Source: Pelomyxa schiedti
Lineage: Eukaryota > Protista > Evosea
NCBI GenBank assembly: GCA_020536535.1
Contig: JAHLWZ010000887.1
Span: 1-58,512, forward strand
Direction of reading: 5' to 3'
DNA: 58,512 bases
Shown here: positions 13,142-25,699 of the stretch, piece by piece
Numbering within the stretch: the stretch's first letter is position 1
How the letters are laid out: every line of letters starts with the position of its first letter
Translations under genes and position numbers: made by a program
The notes under the pieces: model-generated
Seen by the model: only the letters and a program-made list of their open reading frames with translations
Databases searched by the model: none
Told to the model about the DNA's origin: nothing

Positions 13142-14281
13142 ATGTCGTCGCTGTCGGCCATCAACACGATGTTGCAGCAGGCACAAGAGGAGATGGCGGC
13201 CAAGGAGGCCGAGCTCCAGCGCCAGAAGGACGACCTCGCAAGGGAGCGAGCCGCGTTCGTCGAGGAGATGGCCAAGGAGCGCGCCAAGTTTGCCTCCTCG
13301 CCGTCGACCCATAATTCGGCCGGCGGCTTCTCAGGCGCCCTGCTCCCCGGCACCACGGCGGCGGTCCCGTTCCCGGGCGCGCCGCCCGAGCCGCCCCCCG
13401 CGTTCAGTTGCTCGATGACGTCACCGTCGAGCCAAGTGATCACCATCAACGTAGGGGGGACCATGTTCACCACGACCGTGAAGACCCTGCTGGAATCGGA
13501 GCCCAAGTCCGTGTTCGCCGCCATGCTCACCGGAAGGCGCGAAGTCCTGCGCGACCGGGAGGGCAACATTTTCATCGACCACGACGGAGCCAGGTTCGGG
13601 CACGTTCTGAACTGGCTCAGGACCAAGCACGTGCCCGGCGGGGCCGAATTGGGCCAGCTACTGGTCGGCGAGTCGCTGTTCTTCAGACTGGAGGAGCTGC
13701 GGGAGGAGCTGCAGGGCCCGCTGATAAGTAGCTCCATTCTGACGAGGGACATGGCCTGGTCGTTGGCCGGGATGTTCCCCAGGACCTGGGGAAAGATCAA
13801 GTTCAAGCTCCTTTTCACCGGCTCGAAAGAGACTACTTCCCGCAACCTCGTTGTGCTGAACCAAGTCTCCAACAACGGCATAGTTCTGTGCATCAAGGCG
13901 ACTACCGACTACGTGTTCGGGGCATATATCTTCAACCCGACACCTTTCGATGACCATCTCGGCTGGGAGAACGGCAACCAATCCATCTTCCTCTTCTCGT
14001 TTGGCACAGATAACCAGCCGCCGTACCCACTCAAATTGTGCCACTCTGGGCTCGGCCACGGTATCAACAAGTCACTGGCCACTGGGCTGCATTTGAGTGA
14101 AGACCTAGTACTGTTCTCCACAAAGGGGTCCCGGAATACCTGCCACCCTATGATATACACCATTATACCACCAGCTTACAGGAGCCCAGGTCTTGTTCTG
14201 GACGACTCCACATTGACTGGTGCAGCGTCATTCACAGTGGCACAAGTAGAGGCCTATGAAGTTACCTTCAATAGTTTGTAA
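13142..14281 (+). CDS. KCTD-type BTB/POZ plus TLDc domain protein, intronless (left copy)
   Basis: BTB: ITINVGGTMFTTTVKTL...IFIDHDGARFGHVLNWLR. TLDc-like: FKLLFTGSK...IKATTDYVFGAY...FLFSF...VEAYEV. N-terminal coiled coil. Confidence 0.88.
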   Translation: MSSLSAINTMLQQAQEEMAAKEAELQRQKDDLARERAAFVEEMAKERAKFASSPSTHNSAGGFSGALLPGTTAAVPFPGAPPEPPPAFSCSMTSPSSQVITINVGGTMFTTTVKTLLESEPKSVFAAMLTGRREVLRDREGNIFIDHDGARFGHVLNWLRTKHVPGGAELGQLLVGESLFFRLEELREELQGPLISSSILTRDMAWSLAGMFPRTWGKIKFKLLFTGSKETTSRNLVVLNQVSNNGIVLCIKATTDYVFGAYIFNPTPFDDHLGWENGNQSIFLFSFGTDNQPPYPLKLCHSGLGHGINKSLATGLHLSEDLVLFSTKGSRNTCHPMIYTIIPPAYRSPGLVLDDSTLTGAASFTVAQVEAYEVTFNSL

Positions 14282-14944
14282 GAGGAAAAAGCACAAAAAC
14301 ACAAATTCTGTGGTGGTGCTCTTAGAAAAGTACTGATTGAGCTCAATTAATTCTGTTATTGTTTTAATTATTTTGCAAACAAACACTTTTTGGTACGTCA
14401 TGGTTGTTGCCAAGGGGGGGATGTAGCTCTTGCATTTTGCTCCACATTGGGTATTGGTGTGTTGTCCTGGAAATTCATTTAGAAAACATAGGATAATACC
14501 AAGAATATACCTGGAAACAAACAGTAGGAAACTCCACAGAAGCCTCCAACTTGTCAATTGCAGACGCAGGGCTTGCCGGATCTGAGTGACAACCGCAGCG
14601 ATTTCACGTTTGGTTGTTTCACAACAACCTGTTTCATTGAATGCCGCCGTTGGGGTCTCTAAGTTTGTGAATAACGAAGAAGGAGGATAATAATAAATAA
14701 CTTTGAATCATTTGGTTGGGTATTATGAGTTCACCCGTTAACGAAGGTCAGGAGGATGAGAACCTCTTGAGGGGGGATTCTGCACAATATACTCCTGGTG
14801 ACAATTAGTACAACTTGTATGAACCTCCTTTGGGCTTACACGACATCGTCCAGCGACCATGTTGTCAAAATCGGCTTCCAACTTGTCCAGATATCGATGT
14901 ATCTCGCGCACTTTCACTTCTTCTTGTACTTCTATTTTTTTCAG

Positions 14945-15380
14945 TCCTTCGGAGAAGAACAAGAAGAAGTTAAAGTGCGCGAGATACATCGATATCTGGA
15001 CAAGTTGGAAGCCGATTTTGACAACATGGTCGCTGGACGATGTCGTGTAAGCCCAAAGGAGGTTCATACAAGTTGTACTAATTGTCACCAGGAGTATATT
15101 GTGCAGAATCCCCCCTCAAGAGGTTCTCATCCTCCTGACCTTCGTTAACGGGTGAACTCATAATACCCAACCAAATGATTCAAAGTTATTTATTATTATC
15201 CTCCTTCTTCGTTATTCACAAACTTAGAGACCCCAACGGCGGCATTCAATGAAACAGGTTGTTGTGAAACAACCAAACGTGAAATCGCTGCGGTTGTCAC
15301 TCAGATCCGGCAAGCCCTGCGTCTGCAATTGACAAGTTGGAGGCTTCTGTGGAGTTTCCTACTGTTTGTTTCCAGGTATA
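14945..15380 (+). pseudogene. 3' fragment of a spliced gene whose 5' part is missing at the palindrome centre (mirrored at ~14506-14933)
   Basis: Acceptor-like ttttttcag at 14944 is followed by the frame SFGEEQEEVKVREIHRYLDKLEADFDNMV... and a later exon-like frame ETPTAAFNETGCCETTKREIAAVVTQIRQAL. No upstream exons exist. Confidence 0.5.
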
Positions 15381-15604
15381 TTCTTGGTATTATCCTATGT
15401 TTTCTAAATGAATTTCCAGGACAACACACCAATACCCAATGTGGAGCAAAATGCAAGAGCTACATCCCCCCCTTGGCAACAACCATGACGTACCAAAAAG
15501 TGTTTGTTTGCAAAATAATTAAAACAATAACAGAATTAATTGAGCTCAATCAGTACTTTTCTAAGAGCACCACCACAGAATTTGTGTTTTTGTGCTTTTT
15601 CCTC

Positions 15605-16744
15605 TTACAAACTATTGAAGGTAACTTCATAGGCCTCTACTTGTGCCACTGTGAATGACGCTGCACCAGTCAATGTGGAGTCGTCCAGAACAAGACCTGG
15701 GCTCCTGTAAGCTGGTGGTATAATGGTGTATATCATAGGGTGGCAGGTATTCCGGGACCCCTTTGTGGAGAACAGTACTAGGTCTTCACTCAAATGCAGC
15801 CCAGTGGCCAGTGACTTGTTGATACCGTGGCCGAGCCCAGAGTGGCACAATTTGAGTGGGTACGGCGGCTGGTTATCTGTGCCAAACGAGAAGAGGAAGA
15901 TGGATTGGTTGCCGTTCTCCCAGCCGAGATGGTCATCGAAAGGTGTCGGGTTGAAGATATATGCCCCGAACACGTAGTCGGTAGTCGCCTTGATGCACAG
16001 AACTATGCCGTTGTTGGAGACTTGGTTCAGCACAACGAGGTTGCGGGAAGTAGTCTCTTTCGAGCCGGTGAAAAGGAGCTTGAACTTGATCTTTCCCCAG
16101 GTCCTGGGGAACATCCCGGCCAACGACCAGGCCATGTCCCTCGTCAGAATGGAGCTACTTATCAGCGGGCCCTGCAGCTCCTCCCGCAGCTCCTCCAGTC
16201 TGAAGAACAGCGACTCGCCGACCAGTAGCTGGCCCAATTCGGCCCCGCCGGGCACGTGCTTGGTCCTGAGCCAGTTCAGAACGTGCCCGAACCTGGCTCC
16301 GTCGTGGTCGATGAAAATGTTGCCCTCCCGGTCGCGCAGGACTTCGCGCCTTCCGGTGAGCATGGCGGCGAACACGGACTTGGGCTCCGATTCCAGCAGG
16401 GTCTTCACGGTCGTGGTGAACATGGTCCCCCCTACGTTGATGGTGATCACTTGGCTCGACGGTGACGTCATCGAGCAACTGAACGCGGGGGGCGGCTCGG
16501 GCGGCGCGCCCGGGAACGGGACCGCCGCCGTGGTGCCGGGGAGCAGGGCGCCTGAGAAGCCGCCGGCCGAATTATGGGTCGACGGCGAGGAGGCAAACTT
16601 GGCGCGCTCCTTGGCCATCTCCTCGACGAACGCGGCTCGCTCCCTTGCGAGGTCGTCCTTCTGGCGCTGGAGCTCGGCCTCCTTGGCCGCCATCTCCTCT
16701 TGTGCCTGCTGCAACATCGTGTTGATGGCCGACAGCGACGACAT
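15605..16744 (-). CDS. BTB/POZ plus TLDc protein (right copy)
   Basis: Mirror of 13142..14281 with identical translation. Confidence 0.88.
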   Translation of the reverse strand: MSSLSAINTMLQQAQEEMAAKEAELQRQKDDLARERAAFVEEMAKERAKFASSPSTHNSAGGFSGALLPGTTAAVPFPGAPPEPPPAFSCSMTSPSSQVITINVGGTMFTTTVKTLLESEPKSVFAAMLTGRREVLRDREGNIFIDHDGARFGHVLNWLRTKHVPGGAELGQLLVGESLFFRLEELREELQGPLISSSILTRDMAWSLAGMFPRTWGKIKFKLLFTGSKETTSRNLVVLNQVSNNGIVLCIKATTDYVFGAYIFNPTPFDDHLGWENGNQSIFLFSFGTDNQPPYPLKLCHSGLGHGINKSLATGLHLSEDLVLFSTKGSRNTCHPMIYTIIPPAYRSPGLVLDDSTLTGAASFTVAQVEAYEVTFNSL

Positions 16745-16939
16745 CGTGTGTCCTGACCGTTTTTTTGATTTTATCTAAGTTGTCTGTTTTTTTTGTTGGT
16801 TGGTTCTCATACGAGTGGGTGAGCCAAGTAACAGGACGGAGTGTCCACTTGGGGCATATCTCGTCAGCTTCGTTGAGGAGCCTCAGAAAGAGTTCTCTCT
16901 TCCAGGAAGAGTTCAAGAAGAAGAAAAAATACCAGTTTG

Positions 16940-19900
16940 ATGGACGGTACACAGCAAGGATCTACGGCGGGTTGTTCGGAGGACGATCTGCTGGGCACCC
17001 TGCTGGCGTCCCTGGAATGCGGGGACTCGCAGCAGCCCCCCGTCGTGTCGTCGGCGTCGCCGTCTGTTTCCTCGTCTACTACTAGCAGCACCTTCGTTCC
17101 CGGCGAATCGCAGGCCAAGGCGGCCGCTACCAGTTCCACGCCGCCGTGCGCCGATCTGCGCGCCACTGCCACGTCCCACAATTGCGGTGCCGACGCCGTT
17201 GCACCTTGCGCACCCCATAATAATCAGCAGCAGCAGCAGCAACAACAGCAAGATACGCAAGTGCAAGTGCCACAACAACAGCAGCAGCAGCGACAGCAGG
17301 GAGGCGACGAAGACTTGTCAAATTCCATTCAGCCGATTCCGTTAAAACTGCAGGGAGATTTTCAGCCTGGTGAATTGCCGTCACTTCCCCGCCTTTCGGC
17401 CCCGACGTTTGGCCTCGCTCCTTCAATTGAACCGCAAATGTGTGAGGGTGGAGGACGTCTGTCTGGCGAGAACCTTATCAGTGATGTGTTAGAATATATC
17501 CGAGCATGCAGGTTTGTAGTGTTCCTTCTTCTTCTTTTTTTTTTTTTTTTTTTTTTTTTATTTAAAAACCCCACTTTTTCTTGCCCAAAGCTTCTCCCTC
17601 TAATTATCTGGTCTAGCCTAAGTGTGATTGAGTACCCTTTTTCTCAGATGAAGGATGGGTCTTGTGTTCTCAAGGGTGGCTCGTCAACCTATAAATTCTC
17701 TGTCTTAGTTCAGGTATTGAAATCTTCCCACATGGTTTTTCTTTTTAATCTTTGTGGTGCATGGGTGGGGTATGTCTATCTTTACCTTAATGAAGGTGGT
17801 TACTGCAGGGAGACTTTTCTTTTATTGTTGCAACTCACATACAGCCTTTTCTGTTCATGGGTTGTTGCTTGATAACTACATGCAAGCCTGAACCTGGTGC
17901 TGCCTCACCACCTGTAGAGAAATTTGAAAATGACTTGATCAGGGGAGGGTACATTTCTCTCTTTTTTTTTTTTTTTTCTTTTTTCTTACAATATCCAGAG
18001 ACCCCGTTCCAGTGAATGAAGAAGGTGTCGCTGTCTTTCCTAGGATATGCATTCTGAGTGCAGGCAGAGGAGCAGTATGGAAATGTACGCTCCTCCCGCT
18101 GCCATTTGGTGCTAACATTCGACTATAGTGAGATTCTACCTTAACTATAAGGACCAGCTTTTATTGACCACAGACTTCCCAGTTAGAACATTTTCCAAGC
18201 AAAAGAAAATTGGTATGTCAATTTCTTTTGCAGACTGCAGGGATTAATTCGGCTCTAGATTCTGTGTTGGCATGCACACCCGTGTCACATCGACATAATC
18301 CAACACACAAAATGAACCGTAAGCCAAGCTACAATCCTAATGAACCCCAACCATGCCAGTGTCACTTACACTCAAACTGCCACAATAGTCAGCATTCATG
18401 CTTTTCGCAAAACACACATACACTCACACAACATGGCCATCATTCACCTGAGTATGTAGTTTTACCAACAGGAGGGATTCCTCCACCATTCACTCCAACT
18501 AAGCAAGCGGCCACACCAACCTTTTTACCTGCAACATTCCAACCTGTTGACCAGCTTCCATCATCAAACCCTTCTGGGTTCTTCCCTGTTGCAAACACAC
18601 CCACAACCACAATGATGGCTCCCCCATCCGTACAGCAGCAGAATCAAACGTTTTCTTTTGTGTCGTCACCTTTTTTTGGGCAACAACAGAATGAGTTGGG
18701 TTTATCATCAACTCAGTTCCAACCAGTACTACCCCTATCATTTGACACAGACCTCTTCCCACAATATCTGGCGGAGACTCCCTCGACATATTTTCTATCA
18801 ACACAGCCTACATTGAACATGAACGAACAACCGCAAGGTCTGAAATCTATTCAAGCTCCCTCAGATACAATTTTCCAGCCATACCAGTCAGACTTTACAC
18901 AACACTCACATTACCAAGCTTCACCACAAATTCCATGTAACAATAATCCCCCACTGTCACAAGCCTTCCACGGATCCCCCGCTGCCCCAATACCGCAACA
19001 GCAAAGTCATATTCACCCTTTATCCCCTCAAGAGACTGCACGCCAGGATTTGCATGGCCCCCAACAACAAGTCCTCCCGGACCAAGCTCAAAAAGTGCAA
19101 GCCCCTTTATCATCTGTCGTTCCCCAATCAGAAGTAAAGACAGGGTCTCCCACAACACAAACTAAATTTCTCCCAGTTGTATCTCAGCACACATCATCAC
19201 CACACCAACAAATACAGCAGAGCAGTAACTCGCCACATATGACTTTTGCCACAGAAAATACAAGGCAGGAGTTGCTGGAGAGCAGCTCCCCCCAGAACAA
19301 TACACCTCCTTGCAGTTTTACCTTTGTTTCCCCCGGCCTAAACCTCTTTGGGCAAAACCCTAAGATGGCAAGATTGTCTATGTTCAATCCAGAAAATACC
19401 CTGGTAACCTTCACAGCCAAAATTCCTATTCTCATAATTTTGCAGCACTTTGGTCACTGGTCTTCCCAGCGAGAACAGGAACTTGTGGAGTTATTTGAAC
19501 AAACTTGTGGGACTGTAAAGCGCAAACTCTCCCCAGCGGATCTACACTCCCTAAGGCAAATCGAAGAGACAGGTAAAAGACCGCGTACGTGTTTGCCCAA
19601 TAAGTCTTTCCACAGGCGAGTTTTCTGATCTACTGTTGTGGCTAACAAGAACAGCCTCCCAAATAAAAAAGGTACCAGAACTATTGACATTTCTTGTATT
19701 TACCAACACATTCAGATTCCTTTTGTTTGGGATAGCAAAGACCCCCAATTAGTGTCAGGGTTTACTTCACGAGATAATGCCAACGAAATGCTCAGCTGCA
19801 GTCCCGTTGGCACATTCCTCCTCCGGTTCAGTTGGGCTGATCCTGGAGAGCTTGTAGTGGCTTTTGTGTCTCCAATGCACACCATAGAACAGGCATGTTT

Positions 19901-20305
19901 TTCGGTACCAACCCCTTCAACTAACAGTTTGTGCAGTGTTACCTCCTTGATGAACGGGACCCAATGTCTGACATCAAGGTCACTGAAAAAGTCCTGCAAA
20001 GCAGCTGGCTTCACCGTCTCCAAGACACCCAAACAGCTCCAGCACCACTCCAACAAAATCCCAGCACACCGACGCCTGCACCAACACCAACAACCAAAGA
20101 CACCACAGACCACACAGACAACAACAGCATAGGAGAATTCAGCCCCGAATCAATCCCTTCAACACCAAGCACTACAACCACACCCATTTTCCAACTGGCA
20201 CCCCTCCCGCCTCAGCAGTATCGCCTCACAGACAAGACTGTTGCATTCCGGCATATCAGAAGGCTCACCCACCACAGAAAACCTTTGAAGGACGATACAG
20301 AGTAG
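16940..20305 (+). CDS. STAT-like SH2-domain protein (right copy)
   Basis: Mirror of 9581..12946. SH2 motif GTFLLRFS at ~19810-19830. Confidence 0.72.
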
Positions 20306-20378
20306 TTTTACTATCTATTTAATGCCAATAGGGAAACAATTAAAAAAAAAAAAGCAATCCTTATCTGTTACACCATTT

Positions 20379-23042
20379 CTAAAAGAACACAGACTTCAAT
20401 GTGTTTATCCACCCACCTGTTCCTGAGGCAATGTCATTCAGTTCGTTTTGTAGCAGAACGTCTGATGAAGGTTTTGGTGGTGGGTGGGCCGGCTTTGGTG
20501 GAGGTGCCGCATGAGAGGTTGAGGTTTCTGTTCCCACGACCGCGTTGAGCCACTCCAGCCAGCCTGGAGTCTTTGCTGCGGGCTTCTCTGCATTTGCCGC
20601 AGAAGCTGCGGTTGTTGGCGTTGGATGTGTTGTTGCGGGAGTTGGGCTTGGTTGGGTTGGTACCGGTGCCGCGGTTGTTGTTTGTGTTGGTGTGGGTACT
20701 TGGGTGGCTTGCGCAGCAATTTTTTCTTTTGCGAGCTGGTTACCGGCGGCGGCAGCAAGGCCAAGCATCCTGCGGGACTCTTCGAGGTCCACTGGTGTTC
20801 CAACTCCCTTTTCATAGCAGAGAGCTAGCTGGTAGAGGCCACAGTTACTGCCTCCGGTGGCAGCCTCCTGGTATAGTCTAAATGCGGTAGTGGTGTCCTG
20901 GGGAACTACAAAGCCGTGTTCATTGCACCACCCAATTTGAGATAGGGCGTCAAAGTTGCCCATTTGCGCCGCTTTTAGATACTGTTCGTAACAGGCAGGA
21001 AGATCGAGGTACTCCCTCTCATACATAAGCCCAAGTTTATAAGTGGCACTTGCGTTTCCAAGAGCAGAGGCCCGTTTATACCATTCACATGCCTCCTCTG
21101 CATTTCTGGGGAGATAGGTGTCGTCACTGTAAAGATCCCCAACAGTTTCCATTGCATGACTATCTGCGCTGTTGGCACACATTTGCAACAGGGAAACTGC
21201 GCGGGGCCGTTGAGCAGGATTTCCGTTACTGATAAGAAGCATGGCAAGTAAATAATGCGCTCCAGTGTGCCCCACATCACCGGCTTGTTGTAGAAGATTC
21301 TCTGTGCGAGTGGCATCCATTTCAACACCATTTCCTGTCCAGTAGCATAAGCCAAGGTTTACAGTAGCACCAGCATGCCCCGCGGCAGTGGCCTTTGTGA
21401 AAAGCACAGCGGCCTTTCTTTGTTTGAGTTCTGTACCTTCCCCTTTCTCGAGCATGAGTGCACAGCTGTTCATTGATGGTGGATGGTTGATGCGTGACAG
21501 GCGGTGGAAAATGTGATAAGCGGAATCAAATTCCTTCTGTACATAGTATGACCACATTCCAACAAAGTATGAAACGGAGGTGTTTGAGAACTGTGGATAA
21601 AGCACTTCCAACTCATTGGAAATTTCTGCGCCTTCTGACAAGAAAACATCGCCATCACGTTGTAGTTTTTCAATGAGGTGTTTGAATGGCTCTTCCCTCA
21701 AGGGTGTAACTGACTGCAGACTTTGTGGGGGGTCTATCCCAAGGTGCTTCTCTCCAACTTGTAGAACCACAGCTCTGTATATCATAATCGCTGGAAGGTA
21801 TAGAGATTTCTGACGAGAGGCAGCCTTTTCAACTGATTTGATGCACTCTTTGATTTTACTCGCTTCCCAGTGAAGCAGTGCATGCACAACTAGTTGCTTT
21901 GAGGTATGCGGTCTTCTTTTTTCTTTTTGGGTTGGTGCCGGTGTTGTTAATGTTGGTGGAGGGGATACCACTGGTGCAGAGGGTGGAGGGGAAGCCACAG
22001 AGGCAGATGCAGAAGGGACAGCAGGTTGTTGAGCAGGAAAGGACGAAACCATATCGGAAAGAAGGAGAGAGGAGCCAACCATCACTAAATCAATAACAAT
22101 CAAACCTGTATCCACTATTTCTCCTACTTCAAATGTTGACTCTGGCTCAAGAAGAATTTCTGGCTGGGGTCATGAAAATGGAAACCGGACAAAGAAGAAA
22201 CCTTGAGAAGAACTTCCAGCATAGGGAGTGACATCATAACCCCAAGCATTATGGATGATAAAAAGGGTGCCGTCACAGTTTCCACTTGAAGTGACCAAGT
22301 AGTTTTTTGTAGCATTCATGTCAGTTGATACCGAGCAGAATGTATGCCACATGATCTTATTTCCTGATTTGGGTTACTTTTTTGTTGAAGAGTGTATTTC
22401 ACCTTTTGCATAATGTCCAGCATCAAGTAGCACACGCTCAGAAATTCCGCGGAATAGAACGGTTCCAGGAGGAGTGAAGCGAGGAAGTAACCTGATTGAT
22501 TGCAATAAAAGGAAGATGTAACTTCTCCACCGCCTCAGCTGCAACATATTGCGGGTTATCAGTGCTTTGTTCAAAATACAATATGGGTTTTCATCTGTGG
22601 TATTTCCAAAATCAAAGAAGTACAATGCCACAGCTGCCCCTGTAATAATGATATTTTAAAAAAAGACTGTAATAACAAAGAAATAGAACTACCGTGCTCC
22701 AGACTTAACTGCGGAAAAGTGGATGCGCAAACTTGAGCTGTTTTGATGCACTCTGCAACAACCTAAACCAAAAAGAAGTTAACGTTTCGGAGTTCAAGTG
22801 CTGCGTAAAAAAAAAATACGAAATACGAAACACGCGCACACCAGATCCAAGTCCGGGATCGTCGTCTCCTTGAGTGACAGAGACAATGTCGCGGGAGGGG
22901 CATAATCGCGGGGGTAGAGTTTTGTTATGTCACCGAGTGTCTTGAGTGGGTTCTCGTGCTCGCCAATCACGAGGGTCTTCCGCATCCTCTCGGCCTCAGC
23001 GCCCTTATGGCCGCCACCCCCTACAACCACCTTGTTGCTCAT
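20379..23042 (-). CDS. ADP-ribosyltransferase plus SEL1 repeat protein (right copy)
   Basis: Mirror of 6844..9507. Confidence 0.8.
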
Positions 23043-23195
23043 TGTCAGATCTACAACAACCTCTTACTTACGGTCGGCCGACCGACGGTCGAAGCGAAAG
23101 AATTTTTTCGTTTTTTCTCGTTGCCTGTTTTACTGGAAACAAAAACCAACTGGTCTGGCCACCTTCACGGCGTAACGACGTCGAACTGCTCCTAC

Positions 23196-24036
23196 GCGAT
23201 AGTACCTCATGTGCTATGCCTGCTCGCCAGTGACGACGCAGATCTTCCAGAGAGGGAGACTGTTGCGTGTGCTAAAAAGTTGTACTTGTGCAGTTCTACA
23301 CACATAGATCACTTCCTCGAACACGTTCATAAGTGGAAAAGGTATGTACGGTTTCTTTATGAAAGCACTTACTTGACGTAACAGGGAAACACACTCTTGA
23401 CCTACCAATGTTGGTTCTGGCGCGGATTGTCAACCTCGTCTTCATTAGGTGTGACTGCACCAGCACCCACCACTGCCATCTTGAACAAGCTGTGCATCGA
23501 GTGTGACGAGAATCCCACCAATGTTCAATTAGTTTATTGGATTTTAACGATGTTCGTAGTGGCTGAAGTGTCTGTTTTAAGTTCTGGTACGCTGTACATG
23601 AAGGTTTGTACTCACCTTTGTTGATTGAAGCTAATTTAGTGTAGTTTTCGTTTCGGAGAGGGTCAATGTTCCTGTAGTGGATGTGGGCAGTGATTGGGAG
23701 TGGCGTTGTTGCTCTCCCAGGAATGGACCTGAGGGCGTTAGTGAAAGTGAACTCTAAGGCCGAGACCGTTGGTCTGTTCTTCTACCCTATCACGCACAGA
23801 CCGTCATAGTGCCCATGTACATCACAGGCTGGGGCGACACCAACAAGAAGCTGGGGCCAATCTGCTGTGTCATAGACCAACAAACACTCACCTTGAAGCC
23901 TCAGACACCAAGGTGGGCATTGGGCTGCCAATTCCAACTAGGATTCAGCCCAGTGCCCACCACCAAGACGGTCCGCATCACCACAGTATTCTCCACCGCA
24001 CGTAGCACCAGAGGACCCGCACTGTCCACAACCTGA
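23196..24036 (+). CDS. Hypothetical multi-exon protein (right copy)
   Basis: Mirror of 5850..6690. Confidence 0.35.
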
Positions 24037-24107
24037 ATAGCTACAGGACGGACTAAAAGTTATGTTAAAGAATTAAGCCATTTTTTATATAAAAAAAAAC
24101 TTTGTCG

Positions 24108-25200
24108 ATGAGCACTGCGGGAGGAGGTGTTGTGAGTGGGAGTGCTGTGGATGCATGTTTATCTGTGGTGTTTGAAGAAACGGCAAAGCGTGCCGGGGCA
24201 TGCACGGAACCACTGTCAAATGATCAGAGGTTGACAATGTATTCGCTTTACAAACAGGTACGGCACCTGTACTGTGATGCACATATTTCCTACTCTCTAC
24301 GCCGACGTTGATGCGTAGTTAAGTGCACGAGGCTTTTTTTTTTTTTTTTAACCAAGGATAGTAGGCCACTGTCGGTGCTGTCAATACTCCTAGGCCGAGT
24401 GGTTACTTCGACTTTGCCGGAAAGGCAAAGTGGTAAGTATGGCACTTTATATAGTGCTCTAATAAATGGACATTTTTATTATTTGTTGGCACAGACTCGC
24501 TAACCCTTAATTAGGGATGCTTGGAAAGGTCTGGGCAGTATGCCAACGGAAGTAGCAATGCAAAAGTACATTGAATTTGTTGAAACATTTTCACCAGCAC
24601 CAAAACCTATCGCTCAAACCTCAAATACAACTTCCTCAGCAGAATCTGCCTCAGCTTGCCAAACTGAAACTTCACAAGTTGTATTCACTTCTACTATTTA
24701 CATGTTTATGTACCTTACAGGCACCAAAGAGAAGTACATGGATAGTTTTCAGCAAACCAAAAGAGGATGACACTGTGGAAAAGTATGACAAGCACTGAAG
24801 ATTGTACTAATTGATATAGAGACATCTTCCACTATTCGAGTGAAGGCGATGTGGCACGAGTAATTGAGTTCCTGGACAAGGAAGGAGCTGAAGTAGACGC
24901 CACAGATGATGAAGACAGGACACCTCTTTTGTGGGCTGCCGACCGCGGACATTTGAATCTTGTGAAAGAACTGTTGCGGAGAGGGGCCAACGTAAATCAC
25001 CAGGTAACACCTCATTTTTTTTTTCACCGTAAGGAATGTTTCCTATCCCCTAGGATTCTGATGGACAAACCGCACTACACTACAGTGTATCCTGTGGCCA
25101 CAAGGAGCTCACAGAATACCTTCTGACAGTGGACGGTTTGGACAAAACAATTCCTGACTCCGATGGTTGCCTGGCACTTGACCTCGAGGACCTCTCTTAA
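24108..25200 (+). CDS. ACBP-ankyrin protein, ACBD6-like (right copy)
   Basis: ATG at 24108 and TAA at 25198-25200. Mirror of 4686..5778. Confidence 0.88.
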
Positions 25201-25699
25201 TGTCATTGCATCTCACCACCTTACCACTTGTGTGCATCACAATTCCCTGAGACTGAAAAAACGTCCCTGTTTCGTTTCGTTTTCCCGATTGGATCCGCCG
25301 AAACACCAACAATCCACGAGTTGCTTGAGGGGCCGTGGCGCTCCTACCCCTTTGTACGACTCTCGTGTGCCGCGGGCTCATGCGCGGCGGTACGATATCG
25401 GTTCGCACCGCCTCATTTAAGTGAAGCTGGGGGGCTGCTGTGCTCCTCGTGCGTTGCGTGGATTGTCAAGCACAGCCGGTGCTGTGCCAACGAACCCCCC
25501 CTCTGAACGCAGCCGGAGATTGTTAATATAACGTGTTTGAAGTGGATAATTTGGCAGTTTGGCTAGCGGTACCCCCACATCAGACCAAAAAAGAATTGCC
25601 TGTTGTTCCACCTCCGTGATAATGTAATCAGGAAGAACATGTGTGCACAGTGGCTCATTGACTTGTTTCAAATCCCTCTGAATGGCATGAGGCTCTTCC

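Noticed and set aside
13108-13896. 262-aa antisense ORF over BTB-TLDc, and similar shadow ORFs elsewhere
   Set aside because: They are shadows of GC-rich coding sequence and carry no motifs.
14738-15148. Two 116-aa ORFs crossing the palindrome centre
   Set aside because: Their N-terminal halves are antisense read-through of the mirrored exon, a by-product of the palindrome.
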